Sequence record: OL780484.1
DNA length: 64,000 nt
DNA from: Escherichia phage vB_EcoM-E33
Reading direction: 5' to 3' (one strand)
Below the pieces are notes generated by a model, which saw nothing but the letters and a program-made list of their open reading frames with translations, was not told where the DNA came from and ran no database searches. The position numbers and the translations under genes were made by a program. Positions 29,908-40,676 of this stretch are shown here, piece after piece (positions within the stretch are counted from its first letter, which is position 1; every line of letters starts with the position of its first letter).

Positions 29908-31803
29908 ATGTCCGAACAATTGAATGAGGTATTTGATGGTGATATAAATTTATCTGCTGTCAATTTAAACCCTAAACTTAAAGTCCCACAGATTTGGAAT
30001 ATAAAGGCTGAAGGTAACGAGAACCTTGTTGCCCGCATGGTTTCATATACTTCCGAAGGCGATGTAATTCGTCAGGTTAAGCCTGGTGACAAGTATGTTC
30101 ATGTCGTTTTAATGAGCCTATCGGCTAAAGGTTCTCCTGCCGAACTCAAAGGTGGATTAGGTACCAATCCTATTTCCGCTATTCGTTCTATATTTGATAT
30201 CGTCTATGAACAGGTCAAGGCCCTTCGTATGGACGCTGTTATGTTCCGTTTTCCTACCAAGAAAATGAAAGGGCAGGAAAAAGCTATACAGAGGGTATTG
30301 GCTAAATTAATAGCCTCTAGAGCAGGCGGACAGTTTAAAGTTCTTGATGCCTTGTATCAATTCACCGGTAAGCATTCGTATGTTTTTATCTATCGTAAAA
30401 ATAAAAATATAGAATCTATAAATGGTATTCCTAATATTAATTTAGAATTGTATACTAAAGTCGAATCTGAAGTCGGTGACGTGTATGTTTCAAAGAAAAC
30501 AGGCGAAGATGTTACCAAACTAGAAGCTATAGCTAAGTCCATAGACGAAATAGAAAAATCACGTTCTGATAAAACTGTTATAACCAAAACAAAGGTTTCT
30601 AAACGTGCTGCTATCAATGCTTTATATCCTACAGCAGAGCCTACAGGATTGAGTAAATTTTCGGCAGAGCACAAAAAAGCTTATGCAGATTATTCTGCTA
30701 CTAGTTCCGTTCATTCTTCTGAAGATTCTAAAGAAAGCCAAATAGCTTTAGCCAGTAATAAAATATTAAAAGACACCTCTAAAGAAATGGCAGAATATTT
30801 GGATTATATTTTTAACGGTGTTAATCCATCATTTGAAGTAGACGAGCGCAAACTTAAACTAATTGCTGATATAAAGTTTGCTTTAGAGGCATCAGATTCT
30901 TTAGATAAATCTAATAGTGTCATAGAGGCTTTAAAATCAGGTAAATCTCATGTAGACATTCTTAGACTAGTCGCTGCGGCCCTTTTAGATGATTCAGTTA
31001 AAGGTACTTGGGCTAGAGAATCTAAAATCAAGGAAGTAATAAAATCCTTAGTAGCAGTTTATACAAAATCTATCCAACCATTGTTTAAGATATCTGATAA
31101 TCCTAATTTATCCAAACCTCAAGAAGAGGCAGTCAAAAAGTATACTCGTGGCGGCTACAACCATATAAACAACTTTTTGCTAGGTAAAACAGATACCACC
31201 GATGAAATGATAAAAATGATGGGTGAGTTGGATTCTACATTTGAAAATGGTACAAAACTTCCTAAAGGAACCATAGTGTATCGTTCTCAGATAATGCCTA
31301 CCGAAATGGCTTTGAATTCTATAAAACATAAGGTGATGTATCTTCCTATTTTTGCATCAACTTCATTGGCTCCTAATATTTTCGGTGAAATGGGTCATGC
31401 TCAATCCAACTTAGACCCTGAAGCTCTTTCTAGCGATATAGATAGTAATCTTGAAGACACCATTAAAAGTGCGACCGGAAGTGCTAGAGATACCATTAAG
31501 CTAGGGTTAATTATTAAAGGTGCTGATAAAATTAAGGTTATTGTGCCCGGTGACTTGGCTAATTGGTCTACAGAAACCGAAGTAATTCTTCCTCGTGGGG
31601 TTATGCTTAAGATTAATAAAGTATACGGTGCTTCCAAGGGACCTATGGGTTCAATTGGTAAATATGTTTTAGTGGAATGTGAAGTTGTAGCTACCGAGCA
31701 AATCACAGAGGAAAATTCATATAGCACCGGATTCTCGTTTGGAAATTATGATAGAATTATGTATGAAGATTCTATGGAAAAATTAGCAAATTTATTTAAA
31801 TAG
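29908..31803 (+). CDS. alt: Alt-like ADP-ribosyltransferase, paralog 1
   Basis: 631 aa; N-terminal region resembles recalled T4 Alt; C-terminal R/S-T-S/E-x-E motifs (VYRSQ, FASTSL, TETEVILPRG). Confidence 0.85.
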   Translation: MSEQLNEVFDGDINLSAVNLNPKLKVPQIWNIKAEGNENLVARMVSYTSEGDVIRQVKPGDKYVHVVLMSLSAKGSPAELKGGLGTNPISAIRSIFDIVYEQVKALRMDAVMFRFPTKKMKGQEKAIQRVLAKLIASRAGGQFKVLDALYQFTGKHSYVFIYRKNKNIESINGIPNINLELYTKVESEVGDVYVSKKTGEDVTKLEAIAKSIDEIEKSRSDKTVITKTKVSKRAAINALYPTAEPTGLSKFSAEHKKAYADYSATSSVHSSEDSKESQIALASNKILKDTSKEMAEYLDYIFNGVNPSFEVDERKLKLIADIKFALEASDSLDKSNSVIEALKSGKSHVDILRLVAAALLDDSVKGTWARESKIKEVIKSLVAVYTKSIQPLFKISDNPNLSKPQEEAVKKYTRGGYNHINNFLLGKTDTTDEMIKMMGELDSTFENGTKLPKGTIVYRSQIMPTEMALNSIKHKVMYLPIFASTSLAPNIFGEMGHAQSNLDPEALSSDIDSNLEDTIKSATGSARDTIKLGLIIKGADKIKVIVPGDLANWSTETEVILPRGVMLKINKVYGASKGPMGSIGKYVLVECEVVATEQITEENSYSTGFSFGNYDRIMYEDSMEKLANLFK

Positions 31804-31811
31804 GATAGATT

Positions 31812-33893
31812 ATGACCCAATTAAATGAAGTGTTCGAGTCCGAAGGTACACTGCCTGTTGTGAACTTGAACCCAAAACTTAAAGTACCTCAGATTTGGAA
31901 GATTGGAGACGCGGAGTCTCAGTTAGTAGCACGTATGGTATCCTATGCTTCTGAAGGCGATGCTATTAAACAGGTTAAGATGGGTGATAAATATGCCCAC
32001 GTTATCCTTATGAGCCTTTCAGCTAAAGGTACTCCAGCAGAACTTAAAGGTGGCTTAGGCCCTACTCCTATTGATGCTATTAATACCATTTTCGACGTAG
32101 TATTCGAACAGGTTAAAAAGCTTCGTATGGATGCCGTGATGTTCCGTTTCCCTACTAAGAAAATGAAAGGTCAAGGCCCTATCGTTCAACGGATTATCCA
32201 ACGTTTGGTAGCACAGAAAACAGGTGGACGTTTTAAAGTAGTTCCGGCTATGTACCAATTTACCGGTAAACATACTTACATCCTGGTAGTTCGTAAACAA
32301 GCTGATATAGAAGATATCAAAGGTATGCCTGGAATTAATGCTGAATTGTATACTAAGGTAGATTCTGATGTCGGTGAAGTTTATATTTCTAAAAAAGAAG
32401 GCGTGCAGGTTACTAAAGAAACTGCTATCGCCGGTAGTATTGCTAAGGTTGAAGAACGTCGCACTGATAAAATGGTTATAACCAAGACTAAGATTTCTCG
32501 ACGTGCTATTGCAGCAAGTCAATCGTTAGAATCTTATCGTAATGAAAGTGAGCTGTTTAAGAAATATGAAGCTACTGCAGTAGATTTTAATAAACCGGCA
32601 ACAGTTCCATTAATCCCTGAGGCTCAGGAAATGGTTACTAATAACAATTCTCCTGCGGCTAAAAATAAGGTTGCTAATATAGTGGCTGAAGGCACTGCTG
32701 AAGAATTGCATTACGATTATAAAATGTTCCCACTTCACGGTATTGGCGAAATCCAAGAGAAAATTAAAGAGAAAATTCTTACAGCAATAAAAAACGAACC
32801 TTTGACATCTGTTAAAGCTCTAGAAAAATATGCCTCTGCTATTAATACCATTTTCGAAGAATATAAAGGCGAGTGGCTGGCTATCCATAACAGAACTCGT
32901 AAAGGCCAACCTGATGACCTTTGGAACGAATTGACAGAGGCCAAGTGGAAAGCAGCCAAGACTAAGTTCATTAAAAAACGCGTGTATAGTTTTGCTGGTG
33001 TGGGTGGTGGTATTATGGTTGATATTACTATTGCTCGTGAAGGTTCTAAATATACTCCATCACAAAAGCGTGGTATCAGAGAATATTGTGGTTCAGGATA
33101 TACAGACATAAATAATCTTCTTTTAGGACGTTATAATCCTCAGAACTATGAGGTTATGAGCGAAAAAGATATCGAATCCGCTGTAAATAATTTAGATTCA
33201 GCTTTTGAAAATGGTGACCGTATACCGGAAGGCATTACAGTTTATCGTGCCCAGAGTATGACTGCTCCTATATACGAAGCACTAGTTAAAAATAAAGTGT
33301 TTTATTTTAGAAATTTTGTATCTACTTCTTTAACTCCTATAATTTTCGGACGTTTTGGTGTTACGCACGCTGGTATTGGTCTTTTAGAACCGGAAGTTCG
33401 CAACGAATTGACAGTTGATAAAAATGAAGAAGGAATAACTATTAATCCTAATGAAATAAGAGCATATAAAGAAAATCCTGATTATGTTAAAGTTCAAATA
33501 GGATGGGCTATTGATGGGGCCCATAAAGTTAATGTCGTATATCCAGGAAATCTCGGAATAGCAACTGAAGCCGAAGTTATTCTACCGCGTGGATTAATGG
33601 TCAAAGTTAATAAAATAACAGATGCTTCTAATAATGATGGAACAACATCTAGTAATACAAAACTCATTCAAGCTGAAGTTATGACAACAGATGAGCTTCA
33701 AGAATCTGTGGTATATGATGGTGATGTACTAATGGAAACCGGCGAGTTGGTCGTATATCAAGATGACTTCGATACTTCCGAAAGCCCCTTATCTTTTGAT
33801 TCATTTGTTAAATCTACACGGTTTGATGTACTGCCTCTTTTGGCTTCATGCATAGACCTCTATGACATCCCAGAAAAATTCATCCAAGGGTAA
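31812..33893 (+). CDS. Alt-like ADP-ribosyltransferase, paralog 2
   Basis: 693 aa; shares N-terminal ~230 aa with paralog 1; VYRAQ, FVSTSL, TEAEVILPRG. Confidence 0.85.
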   Translation: MTQLNEVFESEGTLPVVNLNPKLKVPQIWKIGDAESQLVARMVSYASEGDAIKQVKMGDKYAHVILMSLSAKGTPAELKGGLGPTPIDAINTIFDVVFEQVKKLRMDAVMFRFPTKKMKGQGPIVQRIIQRLVAQKTGGRFKVVPAMYQFTGKHTYILVVRKQADIEDIKGMPGINAELYTKVDSDVGEVYISKKEGVQVTKETAIAGSIAKVEERRTDKMVITKTKISRRAIAASQSLESYRNESELFKKYEATAVDFNKPATVPLIPEAQEMVTNNNSPAAKNKVANIVAEGTAEELHYDYKMFPLHGIGEIQEKIKEKILTAIKNEPLTSVKALEKYASAINTIFEEYKGEWLAIHNRTRKGQPDDLWNELTEAKWKAAKTKFIKKRVYSFAGVGGGIMVDITIAREGSKYTPSQKRGIREYCGSGYTDINNLLLGRYNPQNYEVMSEKDIESAVNNLDSAFENGDRIPEGITVYRAQSMTAPIYEALVKNKVFYFRNFVSTSLTPIIFGRFGVTHAGIGLLEPEVRNELTVDKNEEGITINPNEIRAYKENPDYVKVQIGWAIDGAHKVNVVYPGNLGIATEAEVILPRGLMVKVNKITDASNNDGTTSSNTKLIQAEVMTTDELQESVVYDGDVLMETGELVVYQDDFDTSESPLSFDSFVKSTRFDVLPLLASCIDLYDIPEKFIQG

Positions 33894-33896
33894 ATA

Positions 33897-36020
33897 ATGG
33901 AAAATTTAAACGAAGTTTTTGATAGTGATTCCGCTAAAAACTATCCAGTAACAAATCTTAAACCGGGTTCCGGTATTCCACAGATTTTCTCTATCCAAGC
34001 GCCAGGTAACGATAACCTGGTTGCTCGTATGGTATCTTATGCGTCTGAAGGCGATGCTATTAAAATGGTTAAGCCAGGCGATAAGTACGTCCATGTCATC
34101 CTAATGAGTTTATCTGCTAAAGGCGCCCCGGCAGAACTCAAGGGTGGTTTGGGTACCGATCCACTCGGTACACTGAACACCATTTTCGATACCATATATG
34201 AACAAATAAACAAACTTAAAATGGACGCGGTTTTGTTCCGTTTCCCTACTAAGAAAATGAAAGGTAAAGGTCCTACCGTTCAGCGCGTATTAGCTCGCTT
34301 GGCTATGGCTCGTACCGGTGGTAAGTTTAAAGTTGTTGACGACATGTTCCAATTCAGCGGAAAACATACCTACGTTCTTTTAGTACGTCGTGGTGCTAAT
34401 ATTGAAGATATCAAGGGTATGCCTGAAATTAATGCCGATCTTTATACTAAAGTTGAGTCTAAAGTTGGCGAAGTGTATGTTTCTAAGAAAACCGGCCAGG
34501 CTGTAAGTAAGGTCGAAGCCGTAGCGGCATCTATTGCACAAGTTGAAGAGAAACGTACTGATAAGGCTGTCATTACTCGTACTAAGATTTCGCGTCGTAT
34601 GGCAGCGGCGGCGCAGTATTCTACTGCTGAGCCTGAAACTTTGTCCCCTAAAGAATTGCAGGTTTATAACGAGTTTGAAGCTTCTGTACCGGTTCACACG
34701 GCTGAAGGCCCTGAGAATGAAGGTATTGAACAGATTAGTCAGAACTTTAAAAAAGGTGCTATTACCAAAATGCGCCAGGCTTCTCAGTTTAAATCTAAGA
34801 GCGAGGACCTTGCCAACTTTAGATACACTATTGCTCTCACACACGCTTTAATGACTGATAGTAAATTTAAACTAAATTATGCTAATAGAGATAAACAAGG
34901 GTTTGAAATTTACTCTAATAATATGGCATTTTTTAATACAGAAGTCGATAGACTTTTAAGTGGCCTTTCGCAAATCAATACAACCAATAGTCTGGATATT
35001 ATTAAGAAAATTGTTAATAACCTGAGTACCCGTTTTAAGGGTTCCCCTTCAGAGAAAGCATCTAGAATTGCTTTCGCTATGGAAGCCGTTTATAAACTGG
35101 TTAACGATTCTATTAGTGATGCATATGCTTATTCAGGCGAGCTCATTAAACCTAAGGACCTAACCAAAGACGAAAGCAATGCTATTATTGAATATTGCGC
35201 GGCTGAATATGCTCCTATGAACTTATTCCTTTTAGGTAAACCTGAATCCGAAAACAATACAACGGCTATTAAATTGATTAAGGATTTAGACTCGGCATTT
35301 ACTAAGGGTATTAAACTTCCTAAGGGTACTATTTTGTATCGTGGTCAGGATTTGCCATACAAAATTCTGCGCCATAATATCGATAACAAAACATTTTACT
35401 TTAAGAACTTTGTGTCAGCCTCACTAAAACCTAACATCTTTGGTGAATTTGGTAAAAATTATATGGCCCTCGACAACCAAGCCGTTTTTGTTGGCGGTGA
35501 AGGTTCTTTGTCCTCAGCTGATGAGTTGTTTAAATTGGCTAGTGGTAGTTCATCTGATGTGGGTGAAGTCGATGACGAAGAGGTAGAATGGGAAGAAGAC
35601 GAGTTCGGTAATCCAATTGCACCTGAAGGTCCTGCGGATAGAATTGCTGAAATTGGTATGGTTATTCGAGGTGCTGAAGCAGTTAAAGTTATCGCTCCTG
35701 GTGACCTTACAGAATATGCCGAAGAAGCAGAAATTATCCTTCCGCGTGGATTATTGTTGAAGGTTGATAAAGTAGCGGCTTTTGCCATGAATGATAGAGT
35801 ATCTCACAAATACCTTATGGAAGCTACCGTAACGCCTCCTTCAGAGCTCAGCGAATCTGTTTACGATGGCGACCATTTGATGGAAACTGGTGAAGTTCGC
35901 CTGATGGATGGATTCAGTCAATTCTTGGTTAATGAATCCGTTTCTGAAAGCAACGAAGCTATGGAAATCCTTGCCGCGTCTTTGGATATCTCTTCTTTAT
36001 CAAATAAATTCAAAATGTAG
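33897..36020 (+). CDS. Alt-like ADP-ribosyltransferase, paralog 3
   Basis: 707 aa; shares N-terminal region; LYRGQ, FVSASL, EEAEIILPRG. Confidence 0.85.
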   Translation: MENLNEVFDSDSAKNYPVTNLKPGSGIPQIFSIQAPGNDNLVARMVSYASEGDAIKMVKPGDKYVHVILMSLSAKGAPAELKGGLGTDPLGTLNTIFDTIYEQINKLKMDAVLFRFPTKKMKGKGPTVQRVLARLAMARTGGKFKVVDDMFQFSGKHTYVLLVRRGANIEDIKGMPEINADLYTKVESKVGEVYVSKKTGQAVSKVEAVAASIAQVEEKRTDKAVITRTKISRRMAAAAQYSTAEPETLSPKELQVYNEFEASVPVHTAEGPENEGIEQISQNFKKGAITKMRQASQFKSKSEDLANFRYTIALTHALMTDSKFKLNYANRDKQGFEIYSNNMAFFNTEVDRLLSGLSQINTTNSLDIIKKIVNNLSTRFKGSPSEKASRIAFAMEAVYKLVNDSISDAYAYSGELIKPKDLTKDESNAIIEYCAAEYAPMNLFLLGKPESENNTTAIKLIKDLDSAFTKGIKLPKGTILYRGQDLPYKILRHNIDNKTFYFKNFVSASLKPNIFGEFGKNYMALDNQAVFVGGEGSLSSADELFKLASGSSSDVGEVDDEEVEWEEDEFGNPIAPEGPADRIAEIGMVIRGAEAVKVIAPGDLTEYAEEAEIILPRGLLLKVDKVAAFAMNDRVSHKYLMEATVTPPSELSESVYDGDHLMETGEVRLMDGFSQFLVNESVSESNEAMEILAASLDISSLSNKFKM

Positions 36021-36049
36021 TTTACAACACCACAAGGATGTGGTACTAT
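36020..36049 (+). promoter_or_regulatory. Early promoter
   Basis: GTTTAC, 18 bp, TACTAT; -35 overlaps the stop of alt paralog 3. Confidence 0.7.
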
Positions 36050-36077
36050 TACCTTACACAAACATGAGGAGAACATT

Positions 36078-36368
36078 ATGAAATCTGCATTCCGTTTTAA
36101 TGGTCAAGAACTGGTAGTTGAAAACGTTATCCCTGCTTCTGAAGAGTTTGACAGTGCAGTGGGTAATGAATTACGTCGAGTTTTCGGTGAAGACAAACAG
36201 TTTGATATCCGACCTGTTGAGAATTTTTCTTATCCAGAACAAACCGAAAACATTTTTAACGGTGTAGTGACAGGACAACTCGAATCCGAAGCTCCTATTT
36301 CGGTTACGGTGTTTGTTAAAAAGCAACCACTAATGACCACAGCAGGTTTCATTTCGTTCCGTAAATAA
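36078..36368 (+). CDS. Hypothetical protein
   Basis: 96 aa ORF with own early promoter, RBS GAGGAG, followed by a bidirectional terminator. Confidence 0.55.
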   Translation: MKSAFRFNGQELVVENVIPASEEFDSAVGNELRRVFGEDKQFDIRPVENFSYPEQTENIFNGVVTGQLESEAPISVTVFVKKQPLMTTAGFISFRK

Positions 36369-36375
36369 ACCCCTA

Positions 36376-36402
36376 AAGGAGAGCATATGCTCTCCTTTTT
36401 TG
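36376..36402. terminator. Bidirectional terminator between convergent plus-strand early block and gene 54
   Basis: AAAGGAGAGCATATGCTCTCCTTTTTT palindromic hairpin with flanking T/A runs. Confidence 0.85.
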
Positions 36403-37332
36403 TTATAACAACCTCGATATTCCACTATTAACCAATCCTGTTAATCCACTAGAAGCTCCTGAAAGTCGGCTTAATTTAGCTACTGAAGAACTCAGGGAAT
36501 TGCTCTCACTTATACCCGCCACGCCTTTAAGGACTTTATCTTCCAACCATTCATAAGCAGCTTGTTTGCCAACTGCACCAGTCTGTACACTTCTATAAGC
36601 AAATGTAACATCAAATGAAGCAATTTGGTTATCACCGTCGTAAGATAATTCCGGGGAAGATACGCTCATTGGAACGCAACCATTAAGCATTACTACCGTA
36701 TGTGGTAATCCATTACGGGAATGAAGGTTGACTTGAATGTCAGCTTCAACATCCTCCGGTAATGCTCTTAATTGTGTAATAGGGTCTTGAACACTATTGA
36801 CCCAATCATTAAAAGCACGGTAGTTAGCAGCTTCAGAATCCATACGGAAGCTTAATACTAATGGAGAATATTCTCTTCCGGTAATTTTGATGTTAGGTGA
36901 GTTGTGGTTCAAATCCATTTCATAGTTCAAAGTATTATCCGGGATTTTAACGGCGTGGACTAAAAGACCTGCCGTAGGATAGGCCATATTGAAAAAATCC
37001 ATCAGATATGTACCTACTTCAAACTCTCCTAGTAAGCTCTGCACAACCCTGGATGACATAGCTCCAATCAAATATTTACTTATGCCTGACTTACGAATCA
37101 ACTTCTGAGTGCCCGCTGTCACTAATGTCGTAACACCTTGGGTCAACTCTCCTTGTGTAATACCAAACAAATCGCTATTCAATGGGATATTGTTAAATAA
37201 AGCTCCACCGAACTGGTCGAGGAGCGTCTGAGATTTAGAAGAAGGAACTGTGGCAAATACCACACTAAACAGGTTATTCCTTTGTAGGTCAATATTAATT
37301 GCCTGATTCTGAAATTCTTGTAAAGTATACAT
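36403..37332 (-). CDS. 54: Baseplate tail-tube initiator gp54
   Basis: 309 aa, MYTLQEFQNQAINIDLQRNNLFSVVFAT... matches recalled T4 gp54. Confidence 0.92.
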   Translation of the reverse strand: MYTLQEFQNQAINIDLQRNNLFSVVFATVPSSKSQTLLDQFGGALFNNIPLNSDLFGITQGELTQGVTTLVTAGTQKLIRKSGISKYLIGAMSSRVVQSLLGEFEVGTYLMDFFNMAYPTAGLLVHAVKIPDNTLNYEMDLNHNSPNIKITGREYSPLVLSFRMDSEAANYRAFNDWVNSVQDPITQLRALPEDVEADIQVNLHSRNGLPHTVVMLNGCVPMSVSSPELSYDGDNQIASFDVTFAYRSVQTGAVGKQAAYEWLEDKVLKGVAGISESNSLSSSVAKLSRLSGASSGLTGLVNSGISRLL

Positions 37333-38420
37333 TAGAATCCTTCCGTATAAAGTGAGCCACGGTTCAGAGTAATAATTTCACGGAAAGTAACTTCTAAACT
37401 AAACGTAGATGGTAAGTTAGGAGCAATAGCCAATCCGTTAAAATGGCCGTCCGGAGTTTTATCAAAACGGATACTCTGGATTTGGCATGGGCCAAAAATA
37501 TCTTCACGACCATCATATGAACTGCTATCACCAAAGTTTCGGATATACCAAATGGTTGGGTTACTTACCACAATAACATTAGAAAGGAAGCTTGTAATAC
37601 TTTCCCCTAATAGCTTACCATCAAACTTGTCAATAGCTTCTTTTTTAAATGTAGAACGATACCAAGTATCAATCTTCTCTTTTAATTCACCTGCGAAAGC
37701 CGAATTACCCGTTTCGCCGTAAGAATAATAGTTGAAGATTTCGTATATTTTAATAATCTGGATAAGGTCTTGGGCATTTCGTGGAGTCATTTCCCAAGTG
37801 AATACCTTAGTACGGTTATCCGGACCGGCGTACATACTACGAGCTGTAGTGTATATCTGTTCGCCTGAATCAGCCATTACGCCGTTAGTCACAGATTCTA
37901 ATGCACCAAATACCGCGGTACTAGCAACGTTACTTAAAATACCTGTAGCAGTACCACCGCCTTTAGTAATTAAGGACTCACCAACATCATTAAATTTGTG
38001 TGATACGGAATCCACATCAGATTTAGAACGAGGTAAAAGGATATTAGCTAAGGCTTGGCTATCAAATTTAACGCCCTTAGTATTTCCACCAAATAAGTTT
38101 TTAACAGCACTATATGTTCCACTATTGCCTGTTAATTTGCTGGCTGCACTTGAGAACTTTTTAGTCATTTGACTCGAACGGTCGTTACGCAAATCCGGAG
38201 ATACACGAGAACTAAAATTATATGCGGTAAAAAGCAATCCATTTTTATAGAGGTCGTTTAATACCATATCGGTTGAGGTATCATTACCTGAAGCCCGCTC
38301 AGCTGGATACTGAGCGGTTACCGTGGTTTTTATTGGTGGTGTTTTAGATTGACCTGCGGAGGTCTTTGAACCTCCTTTAAACAAGGAGGCTACATCAAAG
38401 TCAAGTTCTTTTACTTTCAT
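37332..38420 (-). CDS. 48: Baseplate tail-tube cap gp48
   Basis: 362 aa; T4 synteny (29-48-54) and size. Confidence 0.85.
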   Translation of the reverse strand: MKVKELDFDVASLFKGGSKTSAGQSKTPPIKTTVTAQYPAERASGNDTSTDMVLNDLYKNGLLFTAYNFSSRVSPDLRNDRSSQMTKKFSSAASKLTGNSGTYSAVKNLFGGNTKGVKFDSQALANILLPRSKSDVDSVSHKFNDVGESLITKGGGTATGILSNVASTAVFGALESVTNGVMADSGEQIYTTARSMYAGPDNRTKVFTWEMTPRNAQDLIQIIKIYEIFNYYSYGETGNSAFAGELKEKIDTWYRSTFKKEAIDKFDGKLLGESITSFLSNVIVVSNPTIWYIRNFGDSSSYDGREDIFGPCQIQSIRFDKTPDGHFNGLAIAPNLPSTFSLEVTFREIITLNRGSLYTEGF

Positions 38421-38428
38421 TATTAATC

Positions 38429-40165
38429 CTAATTAACTTTAGTAGCTTGACGCATACCAGGAGCAGGAGTAGAGGACTGTGGAGGCATATTATAGCTTGT
38501 CTTACTCGTTTTCTTGATATTCGTTTGCTGATTTATTTGAGTTGGAGCTTGCTGACTATATTTAGCATTTTCCTTTGCTCTCATTTGCTCATCAACCTTT
38601 TTAACCTGGGTATTTTCAGGAGATTCCGCTACAGAAGCAGGTTTAGGCTTTTCAGCTTCATTAAATTTCTCTAAAGATTTATTCATCTTATCAAGTAATT
38701 GCTGGATATTAAGGTCTTTCGGTGCCCCACCTTTAGCCATAATAGGGTCGGCCAATTGTTTCTCGATATCAGCTTTAAATGCTTTAGCATTTTCGATATC
38801 TTTAGAATCTGGCTTCATTATATTATCAGCGGTTTGTGTCAAACGAATAATATCAGCCTGAGCTTTATCACGTTTCTTGAAATACTCTAAACGTTCTTCT
38901 TCAGGGAGGTCACGGAAGCTTGTGTCAATTCCACCTGCGCGTAATTGGTCGGCTTGTTCTTTAGTAAGATTACCGTATTTCTCTGCCTGGTTTATAAGCT
39001 CAGGTTTATCCTTATACTTCTTATTCATTTTCTCGGCTGTTTCTAAAGCCTCGGCAGAACGTCTATCATGGTACTTGGCCACTTTAGTTTGGTCTTCATC
39101 GTCTAAAGTGGCTCCGGTATTTTGCTGATATGACATTAAAGCAGAAGCCTCTACGTTTTCAGCTAAATCACCCATACCAGGTATTTTACTTAAAATAGCA
39201 GAAATCAACTTAGAAATACCAAGCATTAAAAGTTGTGCCATATTTTTGGTAAGATTAACCATACCACGAATAATAGCTTCAGCCAGACCTAACCAGTTTC
39301 CTTCACTAAACATGGCTTCAGCATTCTTGGCCCATGTCATTAGCCCTTCAAGTAATGGTCCCCACTCTTTAAACTTATCGTTAAATTCTTTCCACCCTGA
39401 CTCAAATTGGTCCATGAAATATTGGAAGTATACGCGAATGGCATCTATACCAAATATTAAAAGGACTAAACCTGCTGCGAGTTTAGCAGCTTCAGCGGCA
39501 GCGGTAATGGTATACTTAAAAAGCATGCCTGAAATTCTATCAGCGACGCCTATAGAAGCTTTAAATCCCTTTTCAGTTATTTTAGTAAGGGCTTCGATTT
39601 TCTCGGAAAGAGAAGTCTTATCACCTTCTTTACCTTCATCTGAATTTTTAGGAGGCTCAGGCATAAATTCGGCGTCAGGTTTATTATCTTCAGGTGGAAG
39701 AATATCTTCAACAACAGCAGGAACTTTAGGAGTTTCGGCCTTAGGTTCTTCTGGAATAGAGTCTTCAATAACCTTTAATGAGCTCCCTTCCGGTGGAATA
39801 GAAATACCAGAAAATTTAGCCTCCAACATATTAGAAAGCTTATTAATCTTTTCGTTTAATGCATCCGAAAGAGCTTTAGACTGTTGGGTTTGTTCTGATA
39901 TGGCTTCGGCCGTTAATTCTGTTCCAGCGACAACATCTTGGACGCTTTTGTCTACTCGGTCTACAGAATTAATAATCTGGTTAGACTTTGTCTCAACAAC
40001 TTCAGAGAGCAATTCAGACGCCGCCTGGGAATCGGATAAAACATCTGATATATTTCCTAATTCGTCGTTCTGAGTTTGGGCTAGCGCCTCAGCACGACGC
40101 TGAGGAGCCATTTCTTCAATCAGTTTATTGCGACGAAAACTATTCTGATTAGATTCGTTCTTCAT
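38429..40165 (-). CDS. 29: Baseplate hub / tail length determinator gp29
   Basis: 578 aa; T4 synteny and size (T4 gp29 about 590 aa). Confidence 0.85.
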   Translation of the reverse strand: MKNESNQNSFRRNKLIEEMAPQRRAEALAQTQNDELGNISDVLSDSQAASELLSEVVETKSNQIINSVDRVDKSVQDVVAGTELTAEAISEQTQQSKALSDALNEKINKLSNMLEAKFSGISIPPEGSSLKVIEDSIPEEPKAETPKVPAVVEDILPPEDNKPDAEFMPEPPKNSDEGKEGDKTSLSEKIEALTKITEKGFKASIGVADRISGMLFKYTITAAAEAAKLAAGLVLLIFGIDAIRVYFQYFMDQFESGWKEFNDKFKEWGPLLEGLMTWAKNAEAMFSEGNWLGLAEAIIRGMVNLTKNMAQLLMLGISKLISAILSKIPGMGDLAENVEASALMSYQQNTGATLDDEDQTKVAKYHDRRSAEALETAEKMNKKYKDKPELINQAEKYGNLTKEQADQLRAGGIDTSFRDLPEEERLEYFKKRDKAQADIIRLTQTADNIMKPDSKDIENAKAFKADIEKQLADPIMAKGGAPKDLNIQQLLDKMNKSLEKFNEAEKPKPASVAESPENTQVKKVDEQMRAKENAKYSQQAPTQINQQTNIKKTSKTSYNMPPQSSTPAPGMRQATKVN

Positions 40166-40676
40166 TTAAGATATCCATGATTTTAAGCAATCCTTTGATA
40201 GGACCATTAGGACCAGGGATAGCTACAGTAGAAGTTATATCGTCGGCCCATGTAGCAACAAAGGCAGGCATATCCAGAAAATCTGGTACATCATCACCAA
40301 GATAAAGAGATTGTAGTACACTATCAACAGGACCAAATGTTTGAAATGGTTCGTGTGATTTAAATTTAAATGTCTTACCTTGGAACTGGAATTCAAGTCG
40401 TTGGCAAATATAAAGGTCATTTAAATTATATGTGAATCCATCTTTAGTTACTTTTTCTTTTAATCGTCCGTTGAATTCTAAAAGGTGTAAAGCAGCAAAA
40501 TCTGTTTCTGCTGCAGACAGTCCTTTACAAATGGATTCCATTGTCATATAGAGGGCCTTGTAAGGGTCCTTTTCATCTTTAACCAATTTCTGGTGTTTAA
40601 GACCCAATTTAGGAATGGAAATCTCTTTGTCACCCAGCGTTATTTTCTTGATCGGGAGTATCAGTTTTAAGTTCAT
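40149..40676 (-). CDS. 28: Baseplate hub distal subunit gp28
   Basis: Start set at ATG 40676 ([11 protein letters not shown]...); overlaps the 3' end of gene 27. Confidence 0.75.
   Translation of the reverse strand: MNLKLILPIKKITLGDKEISIPKLGLKHQKLVKDEKDPYKALYMTMESICKGLSAAETDFAALHLLEFNGRLKEKVTKDGFTYNLNDLYICQRLEFQFQGKTFKFKSHEPFQTFGPVDSVLQSLYLGDDVPDFLDMPAFVATWADDITSTVAIPGPNGPIKGLLKIMDILNEERI

Larger units (their letters stand above)
29908..36020 (+). repeat. Tandem array of three paralogous alt-like genes
   Basis: Three consecutive ORFs share a conserved N-terminal ~230 aa and C-terminal catalytic region, with nucleotide-level similarity visible in the conserved blocks. Confidence 0.85.

Noticed and set aside
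39246-40073. 275-aa plus-strand ORF
   Set aside because: Antisense to baseplate gene 29; Ser/Leu-rich low-complexity translation.
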